A stretch of 63,812 bases of DNA, filler included, from Olpidium bornovanus S191 (taxonomy: Eukaryota; Fungi; Olpidiomycota): NCBI GenBank assembly GCA_017911155.1. It is 30 parts of 30 records of this genome, joined end to end, with 100 filler letters (N's around TTAATTAATTAA, not from the genome) between each part and the next. Parts side by side here need not be neighbours in the genome. Positions count along the whole stretch, not along the records: positions 23,875 to 26,401 come from JAEFCI010004862.1; positions 26,502 to 27,854 come from JAEFCI010013040.1; positions 27,955 to 29,711 come from JAEFCI010012105.1; positions 29,812 to 31,508 come from JAEFCI010004580.1; positions 31,609 to 34,255 come from JAEFCI010012512.1; positions 34,356 to 37,214 come from JAEFCI010011309.1; 24 more parts are not named here. One strand, given 5' to 3'. This document shows positions 24,200 to 34,489 of this stretch, one piece after another. Each line of letters begins with the position of its first letter. Position 1 is the first letter of the stretch. The position numbers were made by a program, and so were the translations under genes. The notes beneath the pieces were generated by a model. It searched no databases. It saw only the letters and a list, made by a program, of their open reading frames with translations, and was not told the origin of the DNA.

Positions 24200-26276
24200 A
24201 TGCTGCTCGAAAAGCTGGTGCGCGGCAAGGAGCCCTCGGCCTTCGTGCTGCTCGAGGATTCGCTCGAGTGCCCGGCGCTGCCGCTGCTGAGGGAGGCGGT
24301 CGCCGCCGCCGCCGCCGAGCCCGAGTGAGTGCGAGCCTGCTGCCGCCCGCCGCCCTCCTTGCGCACAACGCGGACGGGCCTGACGCCTTTTCCCGAAACC
24401 AAACCCGCCACACCCCCCCCCTTCTCCCCCTCCCGCGTGCTCTCCCGGTTTCTCCCCCCTCCCCCTCTCTCCCCCCGCCGCCGTTCCTCACTTCACCCCA
24501 ATCTTTTTCAGCCACGTCGTCCTCGTGCTGGTAACGGACACGCCCGCATCCGTGCTAGTAGGCGGCGTCGTCAGCGTCGAGAACCGCCGAAGGTATACAA
24601 CCCAAAAGCCGCCGGCTCCCGCCACGCGGCCGCCCACCCCCCCCCCCCACCTCCGCGGCGTTTGGCGGAAAAAGCTCGGACAGACACCCCAAGAGAAAGC
24701 CCGTCGGAGGAAGAGGGAGAGCGGGAGTGGGAGAGGGCTTCGACCGGCCCGCTGACCACCCTTGTGCGTTTGGCCCCCCCACCTCCCGACCCACACACAC
24801 CCGAAGGATACGCGTGTTCGACGCCTACTCCGATCCTTACGGCTGGGCGGCGCCGGGGAAAGGAGCGGCGAGGTCGCGCGGCGGCGAACTTGCAGAGCCT
24901 GAGCCGGTCACGTGCCTGGACGATCCGCGGCTGGTCACCGATGCCCTTCTCGAGGCCTTGCGGAACGGTGAGAAAGCCCATACATCCGTTGTTTTGTCCA
25001 TCCTTTGCCCGTCACTTTCTTTTCGTAGAGTTTAAACTGATAAACTGGCGAACTAACTTATAATTCGTGTGTTATTTATTACAAGCCGCAGGTCCGCAAG
25101 GGCGCTTCACGCTCGTGATCGACTCGGTGGAACCGTTCCTGAGGAGGCCAGCGGGCATCGCCTGCTTGAAACGGTTGGTCGCCGCCGCCGCAGCCGCCGC
25201 GGGCGCGGAGGTTCGCGCAAACGCCACGGCCGCGCCGAGGAGGAGTCCCGGCGACGGCTGCGGCGACGCTCCGGCGCCCGTCCCGCCCGGCCTACAGGGG
25301 CTCCTCGGCAGAGTGGTCGCCGTGCACCACGGCGACGTGCCCGTTCCGCCGGCGAGGCGGCAGTCTCGCCCGGGCGACGGAGGCCCGTGGTCGCCGCCAC
25401 GGGACAAATGGCTCGTCCACGCCGCCCTGGCGTACTTCGCGACGTCCCGCGTGGAGGTCCGCCACGGCCGGCGGCTGGCCGAGGTCAACGCGGCGGCCGC
25501 CAACGGGGCGCGCCGGACGTGGTGGCCGCCCGAGGACGCGTTCGAGTATTTTGGCCTCGACACGGCAGAGCCCTCCGCCGTCTGCGTCGTCGAACACTCT
25601 CGAAGGAGCGGCAAAGTGGCGAGGGAGGTGGGCAGGCGTTTGTTTTCCGGCAAAAGGGGGCGCGTGTGTGTGCGTGTGTGCGCGCGCGCGCGCGCGTGTG
25701 TGCTTATGTGCGAATGTGCGCCTCCAGGTCAACGGTTTCAGAGTCGAAGCTGACGAGACCGTCACGTTCCTCTCTGAGGACGACGTGCTGACCGCGGTGC
25801 GGCAGCACGAGACGAAGCGCGGAAACAAGACTCTGGACGGGAGCGTAAGGAGCGGAGGAAATTTCGGTCGGGTGTCCCATTTTTTCCGCCGAACCGTAAA
25901 AACAAACGGCGAGCTAACCCGCAAACGCAAACCGCGTGCAAAAAAAAAAAAAAAAAAAAATCGTTTCCGTTGCCGGCTTACCCAGGTCGATCCGACCGCC
26001 GATCTCTCGTTCAATCTCACCTTAACCGACGACCAGAGGGAGGCCAAGTCGAAGGTGGCGCTTCCGTATCTAAAAGCGCAAGGTCAGGCGGCGCGCCGTT
26101 TTTCGCGTCGGGAGAGCGTTGGCGTGGTCCCCGCTCGCTGCTCAATTTTCTGACAATTTTCCCGGGGGTTACCCTCTTTTTCAGAGCAGGGTGCCGGAGG
26201 CGGGACCATATTCTACGCTCCGGACGCCGCAGACGACTTTGACGAAGACGATCCGGACGACGATCTTGACATCTGA
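24200..26276 (+). CDS. ELP5: Elongator complex subunit 5
   Basis: Seven exons (24200-24324, 24512-24592, 24807-24967, 25086-25627, 25728-25844, 25986-26082, 26185-26276) splice in frame. They give VIDS, VAVHHGD and the family C-terminus DPTADLSFNLTLTDDQREAKSKVALPY...IFYAPDAADDFDEDDPDDDLDI. Confidence 0.92.
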
Positions 26277-26347
26277 AACACGAAGAAAAACTTGCACCCC
26301 TCCCCACCCCCCAAGCGGGCGTTTTGCCGGTGACGTGGAGGACATCC

Positions 26348-26383
<36 letters not shown>

Positions 26384-29251
26384 GAAAATTGGGGGGGGGG
26401 GNNNNNNNNNNNNNNNNNNNNNNNNNNNNNNNNNNNNNNNNNNNNTTAATTAATTAANNNNNNNNNNNNNNNNNNNNNNNNNNNNNNNNNNNNNNNNNNN
26501 NGAGGTTTTGGTGGTCTTAAAAATTGCGTTGCCTTTCTTTTTTAACCTTGCTTCAGCTTGGTGGGCGGTGGGGGAGAGGGGCGAGGCTTGTCGCGGAACA
26601 CCACGCCTCTTCGCTTCGCATGGAGAGGGATGGAGCACCGTGGTGTCCGGCCGTCACACCCACCCCTTCCCCCCCCTTTCCCCCCGCAGAGCGCCCGGGT
26701 GGCAGTTCCCGGTTTTTTTTTCTTTCTTTTTTTCTTTCTTTTTTTTTTTTCTTTCTTTTGTTCTTTCTTTTTTTTTTCTGTTTTTTTTTAAAGCAAGCGG
26801 TGAACTCCCGGACGGGCAGCTCGCCTGCCCTGCAGAAAGTCGTGTGCTGCCACGCGCAGAAAAAGGAAGGGCGAAATTTGCTGGGAATACTCCAGGGGAG
26901 CAGTATCTGGCACGTCGTTCTTGTTCGGGTCCCTGTCACTGCGTTTTCCGCCGCGTGCAATAAAAAAAAAGAATACGTGGCTCGTTCGCAAACGCCTCAA
27001 CATAAGACTGGGGGGGGGGGAAGGGGGCAGGACTCTGCCGCACAACCCAGACGGGCACGCGGCGGTGTTCGCCCTTCCGGCCGGGTGCGGGAAGAGGGGC
27101 TTCACGTTCTGCGTCCGTGTGATGCGCCAAAATCGGGAAAAAGAAGGGATAAACGTGAACGAACTCTCTTCCCCCCGGGCGGGAGGAGGGGTGAGATGGG
27201 AGCCGGCCCCCTTTTTTTCCTTCTTTTTTTTTCACAAAACTCACACCCCCGCGCTCCCTCTCTGCACTCCGCGCAGACCGGCTCCCCAACAAACGCACAC
27301 GCGCGCCCCGGCGTATTCGCGGGCGACCGGGCGCTCCTCTGATCGCGTTGCCGCATGTAAAACCGATCCCCCCCCCCCCCCCCCCCCCCGCCGCGGGGCC
27401 CCCCCGGGGGGGGGGGGCCCCCCCCCCCCCCCCCCCCCCTCCTTTTTCGGTTGCCGGATTTTCGCGGGAAGGACCACGGCGCGTGCCCGAGAGTGTGGTG
27501 GCGGTTGGAAGGAAGACTCGCGCGCATCGCGCAAACGAGAAAAAAAAAACAAAATTACTACGACGGGGAGCGAGCTCCGGGCCGGGCACCTTTTTTTGCT
27601 GTTTTGGCTGGGAAGTGGGGGGGGAGGGGGGAAAGAAGAGGATGCCGTTTGCTGTTCTCCCCCTCCTCCCGCCCGCCCCCCTCCTCCCTCAGACCGTTAC
27701 TCTCTCTCTCTCTCTCCTCGTTTTTCGATCACGCATGGCCTGCCGGCACGAGGGAAATGGTGGTGGCGGGAGGGGGGCATCCCGAAAAATCAGCTTCAAA
27801 TTAGAATAAAAGATTTTGGCCGTCGACGCCCCCGAATAAAAAGAAAAAAGAAACNNNNNNNNNNNNNNNNNNNNNNNNNNNNNNNNNNNNNNNNNNNNTT
27901 AATTAATTAANNNNNNNNNNNNNNNNNNNNNNNNNNNNNNNNNNNNNNNNNNNNATAATTCCATCCCTCGATAGCACTGCTTGTGCGTGACGTGATTAGA
28001 CTTGTCACAGTCACTTTCACCTGGCGTTCACCAGGGACGCGCTTGCGCGGTTAATGTTTCAGTACAACTGGCATGGGGTTTAAATAGCAAAATTGTCCGC
28101 AAAGCGGAATTTTTCAATTTGGTGACTCATGGATTCAGCAAGTCAAATATCTTTGTACACCATGATGATTTCGGAATCGGAAAACACCAGGGCAGGGAGC
28201 TCGGGAACTCGTTTCTGGCCCGAGTGCATAATGACATTAAAGATTAAATAAACTAGGTTGATGTGAAAACCAGGGTCTGTTAATTATCCAGAAGTATCCT
28301 CGATATAAAAATGTAACGACGGTTCCATTCGGGACGTTTGGCTGCAAAAAGTAAGGATTTTCACACCATCGTTTCTCTTCGCTGCTTTTGATGATGGCGA
28401 TATTTCTATCATAGAATAGTTTGTCCAAAATCAATGGAAACAGGAAAAAGAATCAAAATGGAAGAAGCGCAAGGATGAGATTATTGGGGCACAAGCAACC
28501 AGAGATATCAAACAAGATTAGCCCAGTTAATGACGACACCCGCGAACGTTGCGGCGAGCCTCCCGGTGGTTTTGCAAAAGGCACTCAAAACTGTGTGCAG
28601 CTTCGCTTTCTGGCCGCCCGCCACACAACCTATTTTCGAACAGTATGCTATATAGAGTCGCGAATGGGTCATTGAACTTAATTTGGTAAAGGGTGCCGAC
28701 CGGCCCAACCGTGCAAGGTGCTGCTACAGTCAAAACGACGCTTGCACACCGATCAACGCCAGGCTTTTAGCGATTACGATAGGGCGGATCAGACAGTCGG
28801 CGAGCGCGTACTGACGAAATACGGGTCCCGATTGGAAGGTGAGCCGGCAAGGCGCGTTACATTTCGAGTCACCGGTGCCGGGGGGGGGGAAACACGTGTC
28901 AAAAGCAGGTCCACCGCTATTGTAGTTCTCGGCAAATGCGCGCGCGGTGCACACGCGCGGTGGTTTCGTGATGCCGGTTGCAGCCAGCGCCTCGGGATGA
29001 AACGTGCCGGCGCGCGTGCAGCATTTCCCGGCCGCGTCGCGCGACGGGTGGCCGGGCGGGCGGAGGAAGGGGGCGAGGCGTGTCGGGGGGGGGGGGAAGG
29101 GGAATGGGGAAAGGTTACGGGGAAAGGTAGGGGGAAAGGCAATTTACAAAAAAAAAAATTATCAAAAGCAATGTGCGGGCCGGAGAAAAACGACTGCCTT
29201 CCCGCATCACGACACAACCGCGCGCCCGCGCATCGCCGGATCCGAAGGCCG

Positions 29252-29493
29252 ATGGGGAAGCGGGAGGACGAGCGAGCCCGGCTGGGCCGCCCCCGCTTTC
29301 GGGCGCAGATGTCGCCGGACCCGGGCGCGGCGAATGTTCAGATCTACCTGAACACGCCCCTCCCGGGGAGCGCCGTGGACCATCGGGGGCGGCTGGTCGC
29401 GCCGTTTCCGACCAACAAGCTGAACTCCACAAAGTACACCCCGCTGACGTTCCTGCCGAAGAACCTGTTTGAGCAGTTTCGGAGGGTGGCGAA
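29252..29493 (+). CDS. P4-type ATPase (phospholipid flippase), first exon
   Basis: FPTNKLNSTKYTPLTFLPKNLFEQFRRVA followed by a GT donor at 29494. This is the conserved P4-ATPase N-terminal motif. Confidence 0.85.
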
Positions 29494-29811
29494 GTGCTTC
29501 CCGTCCGTCCCCCTTTCGTAAGCGGAATGTACAGGTTCCCAAGACGTGCCAGTGCTTTTAGGATGCCGGAAAATGATCCGCGGAGCTGCCGCGAGCATGA
29601 CTGTTCTGGCTCTGGGATTTGGATCTAGTTTCGAAAGTTCTGGAGTTTCTCGTAGGTCTGAAAAGTACGACTACTTGGTTAGGCACATTACGGAACGGCT
29701 TGTTCGCCGGCNNNNNNNNNNNNNNNNNNNNNNNNNNNNNNNNNNNNNNNNNNNNTTAATTAATTAANNNNNNNNNNNNNNNNNNNNNNNNNNNNNNNNN
29801 NNNNNNNNNNN

Positions 29812-31188
29812 CGGACGTATTCGTTGCGGTAGGTGGCGGTTATCCACACGGGTATGCAAACCAGCATCCCGTAAAAAAGAACGGGGCTCAGCGGAGTGGC
29901 GGCGTACAGCCGCAGCACGGTGCTGCACATGGACAAGGTCACCAGCGTCACGAGGTCCCCCAAGGAGGCGCCGATCGGCGTGGCGATGTTCGCTGGAGGC
30001 GAAGACGAACGTTCACCAATGAGCTCGGTCAGGAGCGGGAGATCAGTCACCGGAACGCAGTCGAGACTTTCGGTCCGACGGGGGGGCTACCTGGATTGAT
30101 GTCGAGCTTCCGGCTGCAGATGATGAGCGCGCACATAAAAGTGCCCAGGACGAGGCTGCTTACGGCCGCGCACCCCATGCTGGCCGTTATGAGCAGGGCC
30201 ACCTCGCGGCGGCAAGCGGCCGCATTTGTTTGAAGGCGAACGTCAGCCGCCTCCCTTCGAAGTACCTCGGGGGCAGTCGGGCGAGCCGCTCTCTCCGTAC
30301 CTCGCTCCACGCGCTGGGATTTGACCGGTCCGCGGCGCCGAGGGCAAACGCGAACAGGCCGGCGATCGCGCCGACGACGAGGCTCTGGAGCTGCAACAGG
30401 CTCAGGTTACCCACGACGAGCCCGCTCCTGGTGCTGCGCTTGTCAAGGTGGCCGGTGTTCGAGGCGGTCGTCAGGCGCGCGGCGAGATTAATCTCGAGGT
30501 TGCCCTTGAGGTTGAGGAGGATGGGCACGAGGATGAACAGCTCCCTGACGTCCACGAACACCGGCCAGCTCTGCACCGCGTCCAACAGCCAGCCGGTAAG
30601 CATCTCGCCGAACACGCCCGCCACCAGCGACGGGGTCGCCTGCGAGAGAGGCGGGCAAAGCGGGCAAAGGGAAGCGGGGTAAGATCAGAACCGCGACGTT
30701 TTGGAGGCGCAGGCAAACACGGGCAAGCGCAGGTCTCCGGCGGCGAAGAGGCCGGGCGTCGAGCGGACCGGGGCAGAGGGGTCCGGGCACGAGTCACCTG
30801 AACAGCCAGCCGAACCAGATCGTCCTCGGCAACAGTCTGTGGCGCGGCCCCGACGGCGGGCCCGTCGAGGCGGTCGAGCTCGATGTCCTCGCCGGATTTC
30901 TCGATCTCGGCGGCCAGGTCCCCGACGCTCGGCGGCGGACGCGGCGGCCGCTCTTTGCGAGGGCCCGGGCGGCCCTCGGCGTCGCCCGCGGCCGGGGACA
31001 AAGCCGTCTCCGGGGCCGAAGCCGCCTCCGGGGACGTGCCGCCGGGGCCGGGGCCGGCCGAGCGGTCGAAAAGAAGCCGCCGCTCCCGCGCGCGCCCGCG
31101 CGGGCGCGGCGGGGGGGTTCCCAGAGGGGGGCTCTCCAGGAGGCGGTGCGCATCCGACACGTCGCCGCCGTCGTCCGGGCTGTCGCCG

Positions 31189-31274
<86 letters not shown>

Positions 31275-31469
31275 TTCCGGGCTGCGTGCGCGGCGGGCGG
31301 CGTCCCACGGCGGGGAGAGGCGGCGTCCGGGCGGGGGGGAAGCGGCGGGCGCGGCGCCGGCGCCGAGCGCCATGGCGGGGGGAGGCCGGCGGGAGGCGGC
31401 GGCGGGGCGGGGGCGGGGCGCTGGCGGGCGGGTCCGGGGCGGCGGCGGCGGCGGCGGGGGCGGGGGCAT
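29812..31469 (-). CDS. SLC41A: SLC41/MgtE-family magnesium transporter (3' truncated)
   Basis: LVPILLNLKGNLEINLAARLTTASNTGHLD, LVVGNLSLLQLQSLVVG and NIATPIGASLGDLVTL. Exons about 31469-30798, 30639-30301, 30202-30091 and 29992-29812. Confidence 0.92.
31191..31271 (-). repeat. Coding trinucleotide repeats giving Gly10-Asp17
   Basis: (GTC)17 then (GCC)10 on the plus strand, in frame in the SLC41 N-terminal extension. Confidence 0.9.
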
Positions 31470-32500
31470 GTGCCGACGGCGGAGCGGGCCCGGCGGATGC
31501 GCATAATCNNNNNNNNNNNNNNNNNNNNNNNNNNNNNNNNNNNNNNNNNNNNTTAATTAATTAANNNNNNNNNNNNNNNNNNNNNNNNNNNNNNNNNNNN
31601 NNNNNNNNAAGGAGCTGAGGGACCGCGGAGCAGCAACGCAACCGGACTCGTGCGACGACGACGGCGACGACAGAGACCTCCGAAGAGCCTCGAAGAGGAG
31701 GCATGCCAAGCGGGGCGTGAAGGAGGACATGAGGGCTCTGCGGGACACCGGGCAAAAAAGGGCCACCATTTTGGGGCTACGGTTGATTCGCGCCTCGCCC
31801 TAGGCAGCGCTCTGGCGCGAAGGGGGCGGTTGTCGGCACCCAAAATGGCCGCGGCAGACATCGACCCCGCCTTCGATTACCTTAGCTTCGAACCCCGTTT
31901 CCCCTAGATTCCCCTCCGGTTCCGTCTCTTTTGCATCGTTTCGTCCCTTTTGCATCATTTCGCTCTTTTGCACCTTTGCACTCTTGCATTATTTCGCTCG
32001 CTTGCGCCCGCCCTTTTACTTTTGCTTACCGGAGTCACGTGCAGCGACGCCGTCCACTTGCTCGAAGTGTTTTGGTTTTGCTGCCCCTTTTTTTCTGCCC
32101 AACGCAAAAAAAACCTTGACGTCGAACGCAACGCAAACCACCCAACGAAAAAAAACCCTACCATAGCCGCTTCGAAATAAACAAAGCCGTCGGGCTTGTT
32201 TGAGCACCGTATTTCCCCCCCCTTCAGTCCCGTTCGAGCGGAGGCGTCGGCCACCGCTACGGGTCGAGCAGCGTCGGCTGCTCTCTGATTTCCTTCCTTT
32301 CTCGTCCTCTTGCGCGCAGCGCCGGCTGCGGAGGGGTTCGAGACCGCGCCGTAAAGCTATCGACGTTGGTCGGAGTGCGGCACGCAGGCCCGCTTACCGC
32401 CCGGATCGCCCAAAGCCCCCTGCGAGCCCGAAGCCGACCCTACCTTCTCTGCCGCTCGAACTCGATCCGTTGCGGCGCGGCTTTACCGCCGACCCCGCTT

Positions 32501-34145
32501 CATGATATTATCCTTGATTCGGGTGCCATTGAACACATGTTAAAATGGCCTCTGTTTTCAGGCACTCAAAGCCTCGGACAACCGCCGTGACTGTCGCTGA
32601 CGGTACCGTGCTTGACTCTCCCGCTGTTGGTGATGTTTTACTCACCCAAACTGCTGGCACTCCCCCTCTCTTAGAGAATGTCCTTCATGTGCCGCAGTTT
32701 CCAGCGTCCCTTTTCTCTATCGCACACGCCTGTGACCACAATGCCACTGTCACGTTTACGTCAACTGATGCCACTATCTGTGATGCCAGCTCCGGCGCCT
32801 TGATAGCCACAGGCAAACGCGAAGGCAATTTGTACCCGCTTAATGCCTTTCCAACAAATAACGTTCCGTCTGCACGAGTCGTTCGTACGCTGCATCATGA
32901 TACCGACTTCCTCTGGCACCGCCCCATGGCTCATCTCGGCCCCACCAATCTTCGCCTTCTCGCCAAGATTGTCGACTTTGACCCGCCATTGTTCAAGGAG
33001 GAGCATGGTTTGAGAGAACCATGTCGGATTGCCAAAGCGACTCGCGTTGTACATGGCTCCAGCGACACTGACATCACACAAGTTTTAAGTCTCATCCACT
33101 CAGATGTCGTGGGACCTTTTGAACTTTCTGTCGATGGATCCAAGTACGCGTTTTCATGGATTGATCTCGCATCTCGGTTTGCCTTTACACACACCACATG
33201 CAACAAGGCATCCTCTACTGCCCTTTCATATTTTCGCACTGTCCAAGCTGCCGCCGAACGAGCAACATGCCTTAAAGTTTTCACTCTCCGAACTGATAGA
33301 GGCGGAGAATACCTGTCGGATGATTTCCGCCAATACCTTGCTGACACCGGTATCGCCGCCCAGCTCACCATACGGAATACCCCCCAACAGAACGGTGTCG
33401 CCGAGAGGTTCAATCGAACCATCCTCGAACACGTCCGCGCGGTTCTCTCTGACACCGGACTTCCGCTTTGTGGGATGAGTTGTGGCATACTGTCGTTTAC
33501 TTGTATAATCGGTCTCCCCATTCGTCACTTGACCATCGGCGCCCGATCCAAGTCTACCGTGACAAGATGAGCTCCACGGAGAACTATGTCACTCTCTCTC
33601 ACCTCCGCGTACTTGGCTGCAAAGTTTTCGCTCACCTGCTCAAAGAGGAGCGCAACGACAAACTCGCTGACACCGCACATGTATGTTACCTGGTCGGTTA
33701 CTCCACCACGTCAAAAGGATACCGCTTATGGGGCCCAACTGTTGACCTTGTTATTGAGCGTTGTGACGTGACATTTGATGAGTCCAAACTGTACAAAGAC
33801 AGCATTGACTATCAACCAGTCGACACCTCTAATTGCCTCTTGCCAGAAGTGCCGATGCCGAAGATTACCTTGTCGAAAGGATATTGTCACACAGAAAAGA
33901 TCCAGATGGCAAACTACATTTCTTGCTTAAATGGAAAGGCCCTCCTTCATCTGAGAACAGCTGGGAACCAATCGAAATTTTGTCCTGCAATGAACTCCTT
34001 CGTCAATACTTCATACGTCGACACTTACCCGTTCCGTCCTTTGATGCGTCAGACTCACCCAGAACGATTGCGTTTGCCGCAAAGATCGCTGAGGCCACTG
34101 ACCCAACAACTGTCACACAAGCAATGTCATCCCCACATGCACCAG
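32501..34145 (+). mobile_element. Ty1/copia pol fragment: protease, GAG-pre-integrase, integrase core, SH3, chromodomain and pre-RT linker
   Basis: ILDSGAIEHM, ENVLHVP, LWHRPMAH, IHSDVVGPF, LRTDRGGEYLS, TPQQNGVAERFNRT, HLRVLGC...GYSTTSKGYRL...DVTFDES, then DPTTVTQAMSSP. Frameshifts near 32545, 33470 and 33830. Confidence 0.95.
33866..34012 (+). other. Chromodomain inside the copia pol
   Basis: YLVERILSHRKDPDGKLHFLLKWKGPPSSENSWEPIEILSCNELLRQYF fits the chromodomain consensus Y.VE.IL.HR...Y/F.VKW.G...NTWEP..NL.C.ELL..F. Confidence 0.9.
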
Positions 34146-34489
34146 CGTTGTACTGCGGCAAGGTTAAGCGTCTATTCCTCCCCTCGTCAGGTCTGAGGCG
34201 GTGCTACAGGTAAGGTGACGAGGGCTGGCAGTGCAGTTCGAAGGAGAAAGGTCAANNNNNNNNNNNNNNNNNNNNNNNNNNNNNNNNNNNNNNNNNNNNT
34301 TAATTAATTAANNNNNNNNNNNNNNNNNNNNNNNNNNNNNNNNNNNNNNNNNNNNAAATCTCGAATTGCTTTTTTTTTTTACAGCGTGGCACATTTGCTC
34401 CGAGATAAATCTCAAATTGTGAGCGTGTGCGTGAGTGGGAAAGGCGTCGCGGTGAGGATGTGGTAAAAGGGCATGGACCGGCTCACTAG

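Noticed and set aside
28130-28270. HINLVYLIFNVIMHS as a CTD-interacting (CID) domain helix
   Set aside because: It lacks the conserved ND pair, and the match is too short to support a family call.
30685-31564. Poly-Arg, poly-Thr and poly-Val ORFs
   Set aside because: These are alternative frames of the (GAC)n/(GGC)n tract in the SLC41 gene.
31928-31995. TTTTGCA-containing short repeats as the LTR of the chromodomain copia
   Set aside because: No TG...CA boundaries or PBS could be identified, and no gag is recognisable between them and the protease.
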